DNA of 64,000 nucleotides from Batkoa obscura (Eukaryota): NCBI GenBank assembly GCA_030770535.1, contig JASVEC010000023.1, positions 1 to 64,000 of the forward strand, read 5' to 3'. Shown piece by piece: positions 11,058 to 23,200 of this stretch (position 1 is its first letter; each line of letters starts with the position of its first letter). The notes under the pieces were generated by a model. It saw only the letters and a program-made list of their open reading frames with translations, ran no database searches and was not told where the DNA came from. The position numbers and the translations under genes were made by a program.

Positions 11058-12803
11058 ATGTCAATCACTATTGTTAAACAAACTCAAATGAAAATTAAAG
11101 TAACTAAACCTTACCCCAAACCCAATACCAAAGATTCTACCACCAATACTAATACTTCTACAAAACAATCAGAGTCGATCCCTAATGATTTTAATGTAGA
11201 ATCAAATACCGATAACGTACCCACTACTAGCATTAGTGATGAGGATGATCGAAAGCTTCGAGATATCGAGATTGTGAAGTTAATCGCTGTTGCCACAGAT
11301 ATAAATTCTACTCCAATACAATATATGAACACAGAGCACAAACTCATTAAATATTACCTTGAAGATAACTTTCCAATCAATGGTGATACTGTTTCAGCTA
11401 CAAAGAACCTTGATAAATATATTGAATGGGCTATCAATCCTAGTAAAAGTTCAAGCTCAATTTATTCATTAGTTGACAAAGTTTACAATAAAAGTTTGGG
11501 ATCTATTAAAAAAGAAAATGCATTTGTTATTCCAAAGAAACTTGATTCAATTGAAGTTATAGAAGGCTTACCAGCCAAATATCATACTATGTTTCCATTT
11601 AATATAACGGAGGATGATTTAAAAGATAATACTAAAGATATAGAGACTGTTGGAGATCAAGATGATGACGATCTAAACATTAAAACTCAATATGAGATTC
11701 CTTCAACTGGTATATCGTTTATAAATAAATCGCTTGCCCATAATTATGATATTGAAAAAGACGAATTTACAGCAGACGAAAGTGAGTTGATGGAAGATAG
11801 CGAATTTGAGCTTGAAAACAATGATGTTTCTGCTCATTTTGAAAATGTCCAAGAAGAAACTCCACAGGAGCTAACTGAAATAGTTATTAGTGAAACAGTG
11901 CCGCCTACTCAAGTTCAAGCTGGCGATGTTAATGGATTGTCAGGAGACAAAGTAAATGAAAAAGAAAATCAACCTACCGATCAAACCAATGATGAAGTAA
12001 ATGATGCACAAGCACCGTCATATGGTTATGATTATACTGGTCCATATCCTCCTCCTTCCAATAACTACGGATATACTGGTCCATATCCTCCTCCTCCAAC
12101 TAACTATGGCTATAGTGGCCCATATCCTCCCCCTTCTCCACATACCTATGGATATAGTGTGCCTCCACCTCCACAACAATTTGGATATAATGCCCCATTA
12201 CCCCCTTATACTTATCCATATTATGCTCCTCCACCAAGCGAGTATAATAATTATCCCCATCCTGGGTATGCAGCAGATCCAAATAGTTATCAACCAGTTT
12301 ATTATAATGGTTACCCTTCCCACCATGGCCATGGTTATACCATCCCACAGCCAACATCTGCTAAAATAGAGATTAGACATCCATCTACAAGAAACAAAAA
12401 ATCAACTTCACCTAAAGATGATAGTAGCTCTAACGGTAAGGAAGTTAAAGAGACTAAAGGTTCAGAATGGACAAATTCAGAATGTGAGACTAATAAAGCA
12501 AACTCAAAGGTCAATGAGAGTAATGGTACTGGTACTAATAATGAGATACCACAAACAACCAATAAGAGAAGTCAATCTAATAATAATTATAAGCCTAAAG
12601 TGGAAGCTTATGATCCCAATGTAGAGCGTGGATACCCCCAATCTTATTCTAATAGCCCTAATGGACAAACTTGGAACGGAGGGCAAAACACTGGGTATAG
12701 TAACTATAATGGGAATAATTATCGAAATAATTATAAAGGTGGCTACAAAAAAAATTATAGGAAAAATCCAAATACGCCTAATGGAATAGAAGATGGTAAT
12801 TAA
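11058..12803 (+). CDS. Intronless 581-aa low-complexity protein (acidic middle, YGYTGPYPPPP repeats, N/Y/G-rich tail)
   Basis: Long ORF; tandem YGYxGPYPPPP units; no globular family recognised. Confidence 0.85.
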   Translation: MSITIVKQTQMKIKVTKPYPKPNTKDSTTNTNTSTKQSESIPNDFNVESNTDNVPTTSISDEDDRKLRDIEIVKLIAVATDINSTPIQYMNTEHKLIKYYLEDNFPINGDTVSATKNLDKYIEWAINPSKSSSSIYSLVDKVYNKSLGSIKKENAFVIPKKLDSIEVIEGLPAKYHTMFPFNITEDDLKDNTKDIETVGDQDDDDLNIKTQYEIPSTGISFINKSLAHNYDIEKDEFTADESELMEDSEFELENNDVSAHFENVQEETPQELTEIVISETVPPTQVQAGDVNGLSGDKVNEKENQPTDQTNDEVNDAQAPSYGYDYTGPYPPPSNNYGYTGPYPPPPTNYGYSGPYPPPSPHTYGYSVPPPPQQFGYNAPLPPYTYPYYAPPPSEYNNYPHPGYAADPNSYQPVYYNGYPSHHGHGYTIPQPTSAKIEIRHPSTRNKKSTSPKDDSSSNGKEVKETKGSEWTNSECETNKANSKVNESNGTGTNNEIPQTTNKRSQSNNNYKPKVEAYDPNVERGYPQSYSNSPNGQTWNGGQNTGYSNYNGNNYRNNYKGGYKKNYRKNPNTPNGIEDGN

Positions 12804-13010
12804 TAGCTTATAGATATGTTTGCTGGATTGTATTATTATTTTCATTGCTAATGTTAATAAAGTTAATTTATTTTTTTTATTTTTAGTTGAAATTTTGATT
12901 GATTTTAAAAATATTAAAGCACTACTGTTTTAATGTATTTTGAGTGATATAATCAATTACAGAAAAATAGGAGGTATTTGATCTTTCCTCAATCGAAAGA
13001 ATTTGAAATA

Positions 13011-13112
13011 TGGGGGATGTATTTTCGTGTTTAAGAATTTTACTAATAATTTTTCCACTCAAATAGTGCTTATAAGATAGAAAAAATAATGAAGCCAAAA
13101 AAAACATCCCCA
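13011..13112 (+). mobile_element. 100-bp MITE family copy
   Basis: Near-consensus TIRs, TSD ta/ta. Confidence 0.92.
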
Positions 13113-13779
13113 TATGTAAAAATAGCAATAATAAATTAAAAGTTTCAAATTTCCCTTAATTTTAAATTCTACTTAAGATGTAAATTAAGAAAAAAAGTAT
13201 CTGTCTCAATTGAGAGGTCAAATATCTCTACTTTTCCATAGTTGATTGTAGTATATTTTCATATTATTTAATTAAATGAAAGAAGTCAAAGAAAGCATAG
13301 ACAATGTAAGTATAAGAAGGGGTGAAATTAAAGGAAGCCAAGTAAACACTGGAATCTTATGTTTGAAACGATAGCCTTCAAAACTCAAAATTGTTCTGGT
13401 TTATTGTAACTCACCTAAGTAATAAAGGATATCACCAGAGTCTGAGTTAAAGAGATAAGTTATAGTAAATTAAATAGCTAAATCTATAATCAACTAGATA
13501 TGAAATTAAAAATAACATCTTTGCATTTTAAAAGCGTTTCTACTAAACTAATAATAATTCATGAGTTTCACTTATATTCTAAAAAGATCAATTAAACTTG
13601 GGCATTAATTTGCTTTATTTGATTAGCTATATTAAAACCTATCTATTAAGTATAAATTGTTTGAAAGGCTTAATATATAAATTATTTTTATAATAATCAT
13701 TTTATCCAATATTAGTCATTATTTTTCAAAATAATTGCTGATTTTAAAAATTACATAAACGATTTATATGCTATTATTA

Positions 13780-14270
13780 TTTAATCCTTTATTACTTTTT
13801 AATTGTTCTTTTAAGTCTCTTATTTGATCAAAAATATTTCACTTTTAGTTTGGCATTGTCATCTTTATCTTTTATCTAAACCTGACAAAATCTATCCTTA
13901 GACTCCTTTCCTACCCTTTTCTGTAAGACCCTTAACTTTAATAGCGTCCTTCAGACTATGAATCAAACATGGAGTTTTCATATTTTAGATTATAAACGGT
14001 ATTCCATGTTTTTTAAATATTTTATTAAACAGCCCTTTCTAATAAAAGGCAATTCTAAAACCTTTGTGCTACTAATGACAATGATTAAGTAGATCTAAAG
14101 TTACTGTCAAATCCCTATTTCAGCTCTAGCTCATATCTATAAAGACTCATTAGATCCTGTGTAATGAATTTTAGTTTCTATGGTCTGTTCACTATTTTTT
14201 ATCACCTTTATCACTAAACTCATCGCTAACCTTTTGTTCTGATGTGTTCGTAAAAAACCAAAGTGTAATA
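13780..14270 (-). pseudogene. Possible decayed retroelement ORF (aspartic-protease-like remnant)
   Basis: Minus-strand frames read IHYTGSNESL...KVLELPFIRK, reminiscent of DTGS/ILG retropepsin motifs, with many in-frame stops. Confidence 0.25.
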
Positions 14271-14299
14271 GAACTGAAATTATAATTATTATAAGCATT

Positions 14300-14399
14300 T
14301 GGGGATTTTTTTTTGGCTTCATTACTTTTTCTACCTTTTAAGCACTATTTGAGCGGAAAAATTGTTAGTAAAGTTCTTAAATACAAAAATACAGCCCCA
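14300..14399 (-). mobile_element. 100-bp MITE family copy
   Basis: tgggga...cagcccca, TSD tt/tt. Confidence 0.9.
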
Positions 14400-14503
14400 T
14401 TTGTTATTTTTTTGGACTGTTTCCAATAATTACAAATTTAATCAAGGCAAATTTGAAATTCAAAAACATAAATAATTTATTTATAAAACTAAAACGAACA
14501 GAC

Positions 14504-15832
14504 TTAATAACCATCGTGACTGCCATATCCTTTGCTCTGTCCTTTACTGTAGCCATAACTTCCATAATTAGACCCATAACCATACCCTTTGTTTCTTGAG
14601 CCATAATCATAGTCTCTATTTCTTGAACCATAGCCATAGCCTCTGTTTCTTGAGCCGTAACCATAACCTCTATTTCTTGAGCCATAGCCATAACCTCTAT
14701 TTCTTGAGCCATAGCCATAACCTCTATTCCTTGAGCCATAGCCATAACCTCTGTTTCTTGAGCCATAGCCATAGCTTCCGTAACCATCGTTACCATATCC
14801 GTAACCATAGCCGCTATAGCCCCTGTTACCATAACCATAACCGTAGTAATTAAAGCCATTAGTACTACTATCTGATCCTGAAGAACCAGATTCATCAGGG
14901 CTTCCATTAGAACTTGGAGAACCTAAAATAGCATCGCTTCCTAAGTTACCAGGCATTTGATTTGGATTTGGACTATCAGAAGCACTTGAAGCGTCAGTAT
15001 CTCCTAAATTGTTTGGAATTTGATTTGAGTCTGAACTACCAGATACGCCTGAAGCTCCAGTGTCTGATAAGCTGCCAGACGTTTGACTTGAATCTGGATT
15101 TCCAGAAGCCCCTGAAGCATCAGTACCTCCTAAATTGCTTGGGATTTGGTTTGAGTCTGGATTACTAGATACACCTATGTTTCCTAAGTTGCCAGGCATT
15201 TGGTTCAGATCTGGGTTATTAGAGGCTCCTGAAGCACCAATGCCTCCTAAATTGCTTGGGATTTGATTTGGGTCTGGGTTCCCTGAAGTCCCTGAAGTAT
15301 CAGTGCTTCCTAAGTTGCTTGGGATTTGATTTGAGTCTGAACTACCAGATACGCCTGAAGCTCCAGTGTCTGATAAGTTGCCAGACGTTTGATTTGAATC
15401 TGGATTTCCAGAAGCCTCTGAAGCATCAGTACCTCCTAAATTGCTTGGGATTTGATTTAGATCTGGGCTACCAGATACACTTGCACCTCCTAAGTTACCA
15501 GGTATTTGGTTTGGGTCTGGAATGCTAGATGCTCCGGCGTCTCCTAAATTATTTGGAATTTGACTTGAGCCTGAGACACTTGATTGTCCAGCACCTTCAG
15601 AGTTGCTCGGAACTTGATTGGGATCTGGGACTCCAAGAGACCCGTCGCCCTGAAAGCTAGTAGAGTTAACAGCTGGATAATTGTAACCGTTTCCGTAGCT
15701 ACTTTGATATGTGGCTTGACTTCCAGTAGGTTGAGGATTTGAAATCGTTCCTTGATTAGAATTGCCTTCTGGTAAATTTAAAGCTGAGATGATAGCTAAG
15801 AAAGGAAGAAGTTCAATAATCATATTTTTCAT
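14504..15832 (-). CDS. Secreted Ser/Gly/Asn repeat protein with C-terminal GYGYGSRNR repeats (structural/adhesive cell-wall-like)
   Basis: Signal-like N-terminus MKNMIIELLPFLAIISA; ~21-aa NLG..AS..S.PD.NQIPS repeats; 9-aa GYGYGSRNR tandem repeat. Confidence 0.88.
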   Translation of the reverse strand: MKNMIIELLPFLAIISALNLPEGNSNQGTISNPQPTGSQATYQSSYGNGYNYPAVNSTSFQGDGSLGVPDPNQVPSNSEGAGQSSVSGSSQIPNNLGDAGASSIPDPNQIPGNLGGASVSGSPDLNQIPSNLGGTDASEASGNPDSNQTSGNLSDTGASGVSGSSDSNQIPSNLGSTDTSGTSGNPDPNQIPSNLGGIGASGASNNPDLNQMPGNLGNIGVSSNPDSNQIPSNLGGTDASGASGNPDSSQTSGSLSDTGASGVSGSSDSNQIPNNLGDTDASSASDSPNPNQMPGNLGSDAILGSPSSNGSPDESGSSGSDSSTNGFNYYGYGYGNRGYSGYGYGYGNDGYGSYGYGSRNRGYGYGSRNRGYGYGSRNRGYGYGSRNRGYGYGSRNRGYGYGSRNRDYDYGSRNKGYGYGSNYGSYGYSKGQSKGYGSHDGY

Positions 15833-16369
15833 TTTTAATGTTTGTGAGCTGAATAAAGAGTCTCAAGAATGCCTTAATTTAATAAAATACAATAAATAAA
15901 TCCGATTTATACAATAGATAGTGAGTTAATTTAATAATTATAACTTTATTCTTTTTGTTCTTTATATACTGTTATTTTACTACTCATAAAGTAGATTTTA
16001 TGTTACATTGCATTTTGCACAATTCATCTTTGCAAGCCACTTTCATTCACAGAGTTATTGAATTTACTGTAAGGACTTTCTATTAGGTAAATTTTCTTAG
16101 GCTATCTTAACTAGAGTCCAATTTCCGGTTGACTTACATTGATATTAAAAGCCCTTTGCTATTTTTAAATTTCTATTATGCATCATTTAAAACGCCAAGG
16201 TTATCTTTATGCATTATTTGGGTTTAATAAAATATGAAGTTAGTTAAACTATTTTGAAAGTGAATCGTTTTACAGGTTTTAAGTCTTTACTAACTAATTA
16301 ACTACTTGTTTAAGAAAAATCTTGTAATAAAATTTGGCAAAACATATAAACAGATTAAAATTGGCCATA

Positions 16370-16465
16370 TGATAATATTTTTTTGCTCTATCACTTTTTC
16401 CATTTTTTTAAACACTATTTGAGTGAAAAGGTTAATAATAAAATTCTTAAAAAAACATATCCCCA
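16370..16465 (-). mobile_element. Degenerate MITE copy
   Basis: cactatttgagtgaaaa...atatcccca, TSD ta/ta. Confidence 0.82.
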
Positions 16466-16879
16466 TATAAAACTTCTAAAAATTACCAGTAAATAAATCG
16501 CAAAAAAGCTACAACAGTTATAAAGCCTTGGTTTGCAGCTGTTTAACTCAAATACTATTCTTTTGTTAGAATGAAACTTTGTTAGCTTTATAAGCATGAA
16601 AAAGTTAAGGGATTAAAAATTTATGTACTCTTAAAACTTTGCTACAAAGCTTAGTTTACCTTGAGTTTTAAAGATTAGCAATGTATTTCAACTAAAATAT
16701 CATTTAGTATAATGATCATAGAAAACAGCTAATAAACTATTAAATAAATATAGTTTTTATTATTTCTTATTTTTCTTATTTCTTATAAAGAAGTGAAGGG
16801 TAAAAAATAGCTGGTTTAAAATTTTAAGAGGGTATCAAATACAAAATAATTAACTACTATTCTTTATAATCATTGAGAT

Positions 16880-17503
16880 TTATAATATTATTCTTCCAGG
16901 TGTTAATACACATTGATTATAACAAGAATTAAAGTCATTAAATATCGAATCGGTACAGTTATCAACTTCATAATCAACACATTCTTCACCATCAAAAAAG
17001 TAGCGTATCCCGTATAACTCTTCTGGTGAACAATCTTGATATTCATATGGTAATTTATTACACAAATCATTCTTTAAGTCAAATATTTTAAGACCATTTA
17101 TCTTCCCCTCCTTTTTATCGGCTGTATCGATCACACTTTTAGGGTCTAAACAAAATCATTAGATGAAAAAAGATCAACTCATTTTTTTAACTTACTTTTT
17201 TCTGGTTTTGTCGAATCCTTATTTCCTTTATTATCTTCTTTTACCTTGTTTTTAGAGGAACTGGACATATCACTTTCGATAGCATTACTGTTATTGCTTG
17301 TTGCATATGTTGGTTTTTTGCGGTGGCTTGAGCTAAGTTAGAATTTATAATGGTATCGTTTACGACAGAAGGGATTTTAGGCGCTTATTATTTAAAAAGG
17401 TTATTAGAACATGTCAAACATCAATGTACAACAACTACTTACCATTAATTTTTGAAGCCGAATAAACTTGTAATAGCAAGGTTGAAAATATTAATATTCT
17501 CAT
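16880..17503 (-). CDS. Small secreted protein with C-terminal BPTI/Kunitz-like six-cysteine domain (3 exons; one apparent frameshift)
   Basis: Exons 17503-17443 (MRILIFSTLLLQVYSA signal), 17383-17196 and 17145-16880; C-x9-C-x16-C-x7-C-x10-C-x3-C with RYFFD and F..FNSC; exon 2 needs +1 A at 17314-17319. Confidence 0.7.
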
Positions 17504-18372
17504 TTTGTATATAGGATCCTAAAAGTTATTGTCCAGCAATTATATAATAAAGTAAATGATAAAGAAAACAACTATTAGTTTTCTACTTTTGGTGATCATT
17601 TGAATTTATTAGCATCTTTATTTTTCGTTGATCAATAAAAAATCTTTATTTAAATTATTTCTTTTTACTATTTTAGTAAATTGAGCTCTTTTTGATTTGA
17701 CCATTATCTCCCATAACTCTATTGTGACTTAGCTAACTGTTCATTTAAGAGTAAAATTTTGCTAAAACAAACTAAAACATAATGATTAGCCAAAAAAAAA
17801 CTAAAAAAACGAATAAATGGCCCCCAAAAGCTATAGCAAGTAAAATCACAATAGAACTGCAACAGTTTTATTTTATTGCCAGATTATCAAATTGGAATTT
17901 TGGAAGTCTAATTCGATCCTAAATTTAAATTAACTTCAAACTCAATATGCTTTTTGCCCACCAATACTCTCACTTCATCAAAGTATTGCAGCGTTAATAA
18001 CTCAGCGTTGTTTAGATTTTGATTTCAAAAATGTTTAAGGGTGCCATGTAATAGATTATTATTTCAAGTTAATCTTCACACATTATTACCAACATTGTGG
18101 TATTAAAAATCTTGTTAATGTACCTATTTTTTTCTAATACCTTGTCAAACTTAACACACTTGCCCACAAGGATTCTGCGTCTTTTGAAAAAAGTGATTTT
18201 TAACTTTTGCTATAGGATAATTTCTAAAGTAATCTAAGATTTTGATTGAAAAATTAGCTTACCATTAAACATTCTACTTTTCTTCATGTTAGTTGTTTTC
18301 ACAGCTACTGTCTATTATTCCATTACTTATTTGTTATCTGTCAGTAAATACCTACTATTTATCAAAATCATG

Positions 18373-18482
18373 TGTGGATGTCTCTTTTTATTTAAGAAAT
18401 TTATTAACAACTTTTTCGCTCAAATAGTACTTGAAGAATGGAGAAAGCTGTTAGCGAACTTCTTTAAAAAGAGACATCCTCA
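18373..18482 (+). mobile_element. Degenerate MITE copy
   Basis: cgctcaaatagtactt core, TSD tg/tg. Confidence 0.8.
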
Positions 18483-18662
18483 TGTATTCAATATTTGAAC
18501 TTACATTAATCTCAGGTACCGTAATATTAAAACTAAAAATATATCTAATTTAAATTTTTCATCACATTGATAAAATATCTTTCATGTTTTGTAAAACAAC
18601 ATAAGTTTCTATTTGAATATTTAACGCAATATATTTCAATATGTATATTTTATTTAATTACA

Positions 18663-18758
18663 TAGGGGCATTTTTTTGACTTCACTTTTTTATCTTTTAA
18701 GCGCTATTTGAGCAGAATAACCACTGATAAGATTTTTCAACAAAAAAATACATCTCCA
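18663..18758 (-). mobile_element. Degenerate MITE copy
   Basis: aagcgctatttgag core, TSD ca/ca. Confidence 0.82.
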
Positions 18759-19555
18759 CATACTATCAATAACTTGTACATTATGGATATACTTTTATTT
18801 CAATTTACTGATTTTAGTTTTAAAAAAATAATTATAAATCAAGATTTTACCATTATTTTTTAACTTCTATTATACTATTCCATATATTGTACAAATGTAT
18901 TAAATACTATGTATTAAGCAATAAATGCCCTTTGGAATGATGTTATTAGAATTTCTAACATTAACATATTGTATATCAAAAAGACCTTAACTATATTTTA
19001 CATTGTAAAATTTCACTTTGCCTAATATTAATATTTTAATAAACTTACTGTTACTAAAAAAGTTAATAAGTGTCATTGGTTTTTGACTATAAACAAGTTA
19101 TTTACAAGTGAAAATTATTTACTGTCAGCCTTATACTTCCTACTATCATAACTTGCCCAAAAAATGAAGGAATTTATGAAAACACTTAATAGTTTTTGAT
19201 AGTTTGTAGCGCATACTTAAACCTATTTAGCTATGCTTTCGCCATAATTAATTGTTATTTTCATGTGCTAAGTATTATAGCAGTTCGCTGCTTTGTAAAG
19301 AGAATAATTTAATTGTAAACTAATAGTTAAGTGTAATTTGGTTATCTGATTTAAACTAACTTTAGAAAATTGAACATGGTTGTATTAACTAAGAAACAAA
19401 AATGGTAGTGGTTGATTTAAAAAATCTAAAAATGACAAAGCTCGAAAATCAAGGAACAAAAAAAGGAAGAATAAGATTCAAGTCACAGGTACTGAATAAA
19501 AGGTATGAATTAATTGAAATAGAATTTTTTTTTGTATCAATCTAATTACTAAAAA

Positions 19556-20144
19556 ATGAAGTTTACTCCAATTTTAAGCTTAGCTTTATTGTTTAATGGC
19601 ATCACTGCTGAGGACAACGCAGCCTCAAAAGTATTAACTAAGGATAATAAAGACTTAGTGAAGAAAGGTTTATGGTACCAATAATTATTTAGCTTTATTA
19701 ATTTTATTAACTATTAAACATATAGGTTTGTTAAATTATACACTCCAAGTTGCAAATACAGTAGACGCTTAGGTAAAAACAAAGGGTTTAATATATCTAA
19801 ATATCTAAATATCTAACTTCTTTACAGCCCCCCACTGGACAAACATCACTGAAAGCTTAAGAGCTTGGAGTAATGACGCCAAATTTAATTTTGCTGAAGT
19901 AGACTGCAAGGAGAACAGTAGTCTTTGTTCTGATTTAAAAGTCGATGGGTTTCCTACCCTTAACTTGTAATTTTTTGCAATTCTTTTTTAGTGAGATATT
20001 AATTGAATTTTGAAAATTAGGTTCAAAGATGGTGAATATCAAGGCGAATGTTTAACCCGTGAAGGTGCCGATGAGTTGCTTATTTGTGTTAAGGACTATG
20101 TTGACAAATATCAATTAAAAGCTCCTGAAAAATTACAAGTTTAA
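19556..20144 (+). CDS. Single-domain secreted thioredoxin/PDI-like protein (CxxS), truncated paralogue of the next gene
   Basis: 4 exons: MKFTPILSLALLFNGITA..., WFVKLYTPSCKYSRRLAPHW, FAEVDC...VDGFPTL, FKDG...; intron positions match 20694-21285. Confidence 0.85.
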
Positions 20145-20191
20145 TAATAAATGGAATTAACATGAACCTACTTTTGTTACTATTATATATA

Positions 20192-20291
20192 TGGGGATGT
20201 ATTTTTGTGTTTAAGAATTTTACTAACAATTTTTCTGCTCAAATAGCGCTTAAAAAATGGAGAAAACAATGAAGCCAAAAAAACACCCTCA
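20192..20291 (+). mobile_element. 100-bp MITE family copy
   Basis: Near-consensus, TSD ta/ta. Confidence 0.92.
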
Positions 20292-20693
20292 TATCTTTAT
20301 TGAACATGTGTTTTATATTTTAATAGTAAGCTTAATAGACTTTTAAGCTAATAATAAAAATATCCTTTTAACCTTTTCTGTTTCGTTTTTATCCCATCTT
20401 TATTTAATTGCACTCTATAATTCAAATATAACACTTTTAAAATGTAATAAATTTGATTTTAAACTTTTTTATATTATATTATATTACTAATTACGCAGCT
20501 TATAAACCTGAACCATAAATCTTTACTATAATGCTAATAAAATGGAAAGTTAGAAGTTTAATAGGAGTATAAAAAGTTGGAGGCTCAAATCCAAAACACG
20601 AATAAAATCAAGCCAAGCAAAAAACAATAATAAGTGAGAAATTAAAAAAATATTATCACCATCTTTTTTATACATTAACTATAAATATCAAAG

Positions 20694-23200
20694 ATGAGAT
20701 TGACTAATCTTTTAAATCTCACAACTTTAGCACTATTTTTCAATAGTGTAACAAGTCAGGACAACCAAGCCTCTAAAGATTTGACCAACAAAAATGAACA
20801 ATTGGTTAAACAGGGTTTTTGGTATTAATAATCTATATATTTATAAAAGATTATTAGCTTAATTATCTAGGTTTGTTAAATTATATTCACCTACTTGTAA
20901 ACATTGTAAAAGATTAGGTAATAACGAGTGGCCCAATATATTATAATACTAATAATAAATAAAATATAGCCCCACACTGGGTAAAATTTACTGAAAGTTT
21001 ACAAGACTGGGCCAAAGCTCAAAACTTCAATTTCGGGGAAGTAAACTGTCTCAAAGAAGGAAAACTATGCTCTACTCTAAAAGCAGATGGTTATCCTACG
21101 ATTAATTTGTAAGCTTGATTTAACTTATAGTTAAACTATTAAAATAAAAAATAGGTTCAAAGATGGCGTATATCAAAAAGAGTGCTTAACCTACGAAGGA
21201 GTTGATCAATTGCTTATTTGTATTAAAGAGTACGCTAAAAAGTATCATTTGGAATTACCTAAACAATTGAAGCCTAAACAAGAAAATAAAGTAATGACGC
21301 TGATTGTTAAAAAACTATATTACTAATTTATTTAAAGCCGGAGCCAGCTAAGAATGCTGAACTTGAACATCACCAAGAACCTCCTAAGGTTGAAAACCAC
21401 CAAGAACCTCCTAAAGTCGAAAATCAACCACAACCAAAAGTACAAGTGCCTGTCAAACAAAACCTGGTTAATAAAATTATACCTAATCCTAATGGACAGG
21501 TTAAAAAATTAACTACTTCAACTTTTAATGAGGTAAGAGATATAAAGTCATGATAGTAGTTGCAATAATAAATATTATAGGAATTGAAAAAAGGGGCATG
21601 GTTCATAGTAAGGCTTAAATTAAAAATTAAAATAATCAATTTAATCATAATTAAAATAGAAATTCTTTGCTCCTTGGTGTGGACATTGTCAAACGGTAAA
21701 TTAAATATTGTATTTTAATCAACTATTCCTAACCCTTTTTTAGCTTGGTACTTTAATTAAAATAAAGTAAAAATATAAAGGTATTAATTTTATAATAGCA
21801 CCTACCTGGACTAAATTAGCCTCCGATTTACAAAACACTATCAACATTGGTCAAGTAGACTGTACTGAAGAGAAAAGTAAGTTAGTTATTTTAAGGTAAC
21901 GATAATAAATTAATTTGGTTTAGGTTTATGTAAAGACTACACTATTCGTGGATACCCAACTCTTAAGTTGTAAGTTTAATTACACATAGCTTAATACCAT
22001 AATAATACTGTTATTTAAGTATTCAAAATGATAAACAAAAAGATTATTTTGGAGAACGTACTTTAGATGCTCTTAAGACTAGTGCTCTAAAATCAATAGG
22101 GTAAAAATTTATATTAAATTCATTTAGGTTTCACTTTAAATTATTTTTAGTCCCAAAAATACCATTGATTATGACGAAATCAAAAAACTAATTAAAGACG
22201 AAAGCTATGCCATCATTTACTATAATCCACAAGATAATGACATACCAGTAACTACTATTTACTGTTATTATTGTTTTATTTAATTATATATTTATTTAGC
22301 CTCATATAAATAATATCCTTTATAACTTAGAAGCACAAACAGAAAGCTATCATATTAATAAGAAATTAGACAGCTTGAAAGAATTGAATATTCAGGATCA
22401 TCCAGCATTAATTATTGTTAAAGATGGAAGTTATAAACTTTACAACGAGGACATAAACAACGTTGAGAGTTTCAACAAGTGGTATATAAAAGAAAAAGAT
22501 GCTATTGTAAGAGAATTAGATTTAACTAACTTTGAGCAATATCTTAAAGTTAATAACAATAACAATCAAATCGCAATTGTTAAAATTATCCGTGGGGGAT
22601 CTAATAAGGAAGATAATACTTATTTAGTTAAGGAAAAGAAAAAGTTCCGCGATATTGCTCATCCTATTTTACGCAGAAGTGATAAGCAAATGTTCTTTGC
22701 TATCATTGATGGTAATAAATACGAAAAAGAAGTCAAAAATTACTTAAACCATTATGGAGATGAGAGTCATATAGTTATCATTGATTTAAAGGTAAAGTTT
22801 TATATAGTCAGTATTTGTTTCTAATTTATTATTAGGAGAAAAAGCTATATGATAAATCCAATGAAAGCTCTAAAATTGAGCACAAAACGAAAGATATTGA
22901 AAAAGCGATTGATGATTATTATTCTAGCAAATTAGAGGTAATTAAATTTATGGAAATAATTTACAATCATAATATTCATACACTTTAATTAGGGTCAAGT
23001 AATTAATTTTACTCCTAAATACTTTACTTTGGTAACTAGATTTACTTTTTAGATTTATTTATTTTATTTATTATCTTGTTTAGTCAACCCTTACTTCCCT
23101 TCCATTCCTTACTATTTTAATTCCTGTAATCTTGGTTTGTGCTCTAATCTATTTCTTTGTCACTTCTGAAGACAGTGAACAGGATAAGAAAGCAATCTAA
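20694..23200 (+). CDS. Membrane-anchored protein disulfide isomerase-like protein (Eps1/TMX-type)
   Basis: Signal peptide; two Trx domains (CKHC; WFIKFFAPWCGHC); C-terminal TM segment and KKxx ER-retrieval tail (KKAI-stop); many short introns and a 4-nt exon. Confidence 0.9.

Noticed and set aside
5228..18498. Short ORFs at 5228, 8807, 12922, 16415 and 18286 with similar FFLASL/KIL text
   Set aside because: They are translations running through MITE copies, not genes.
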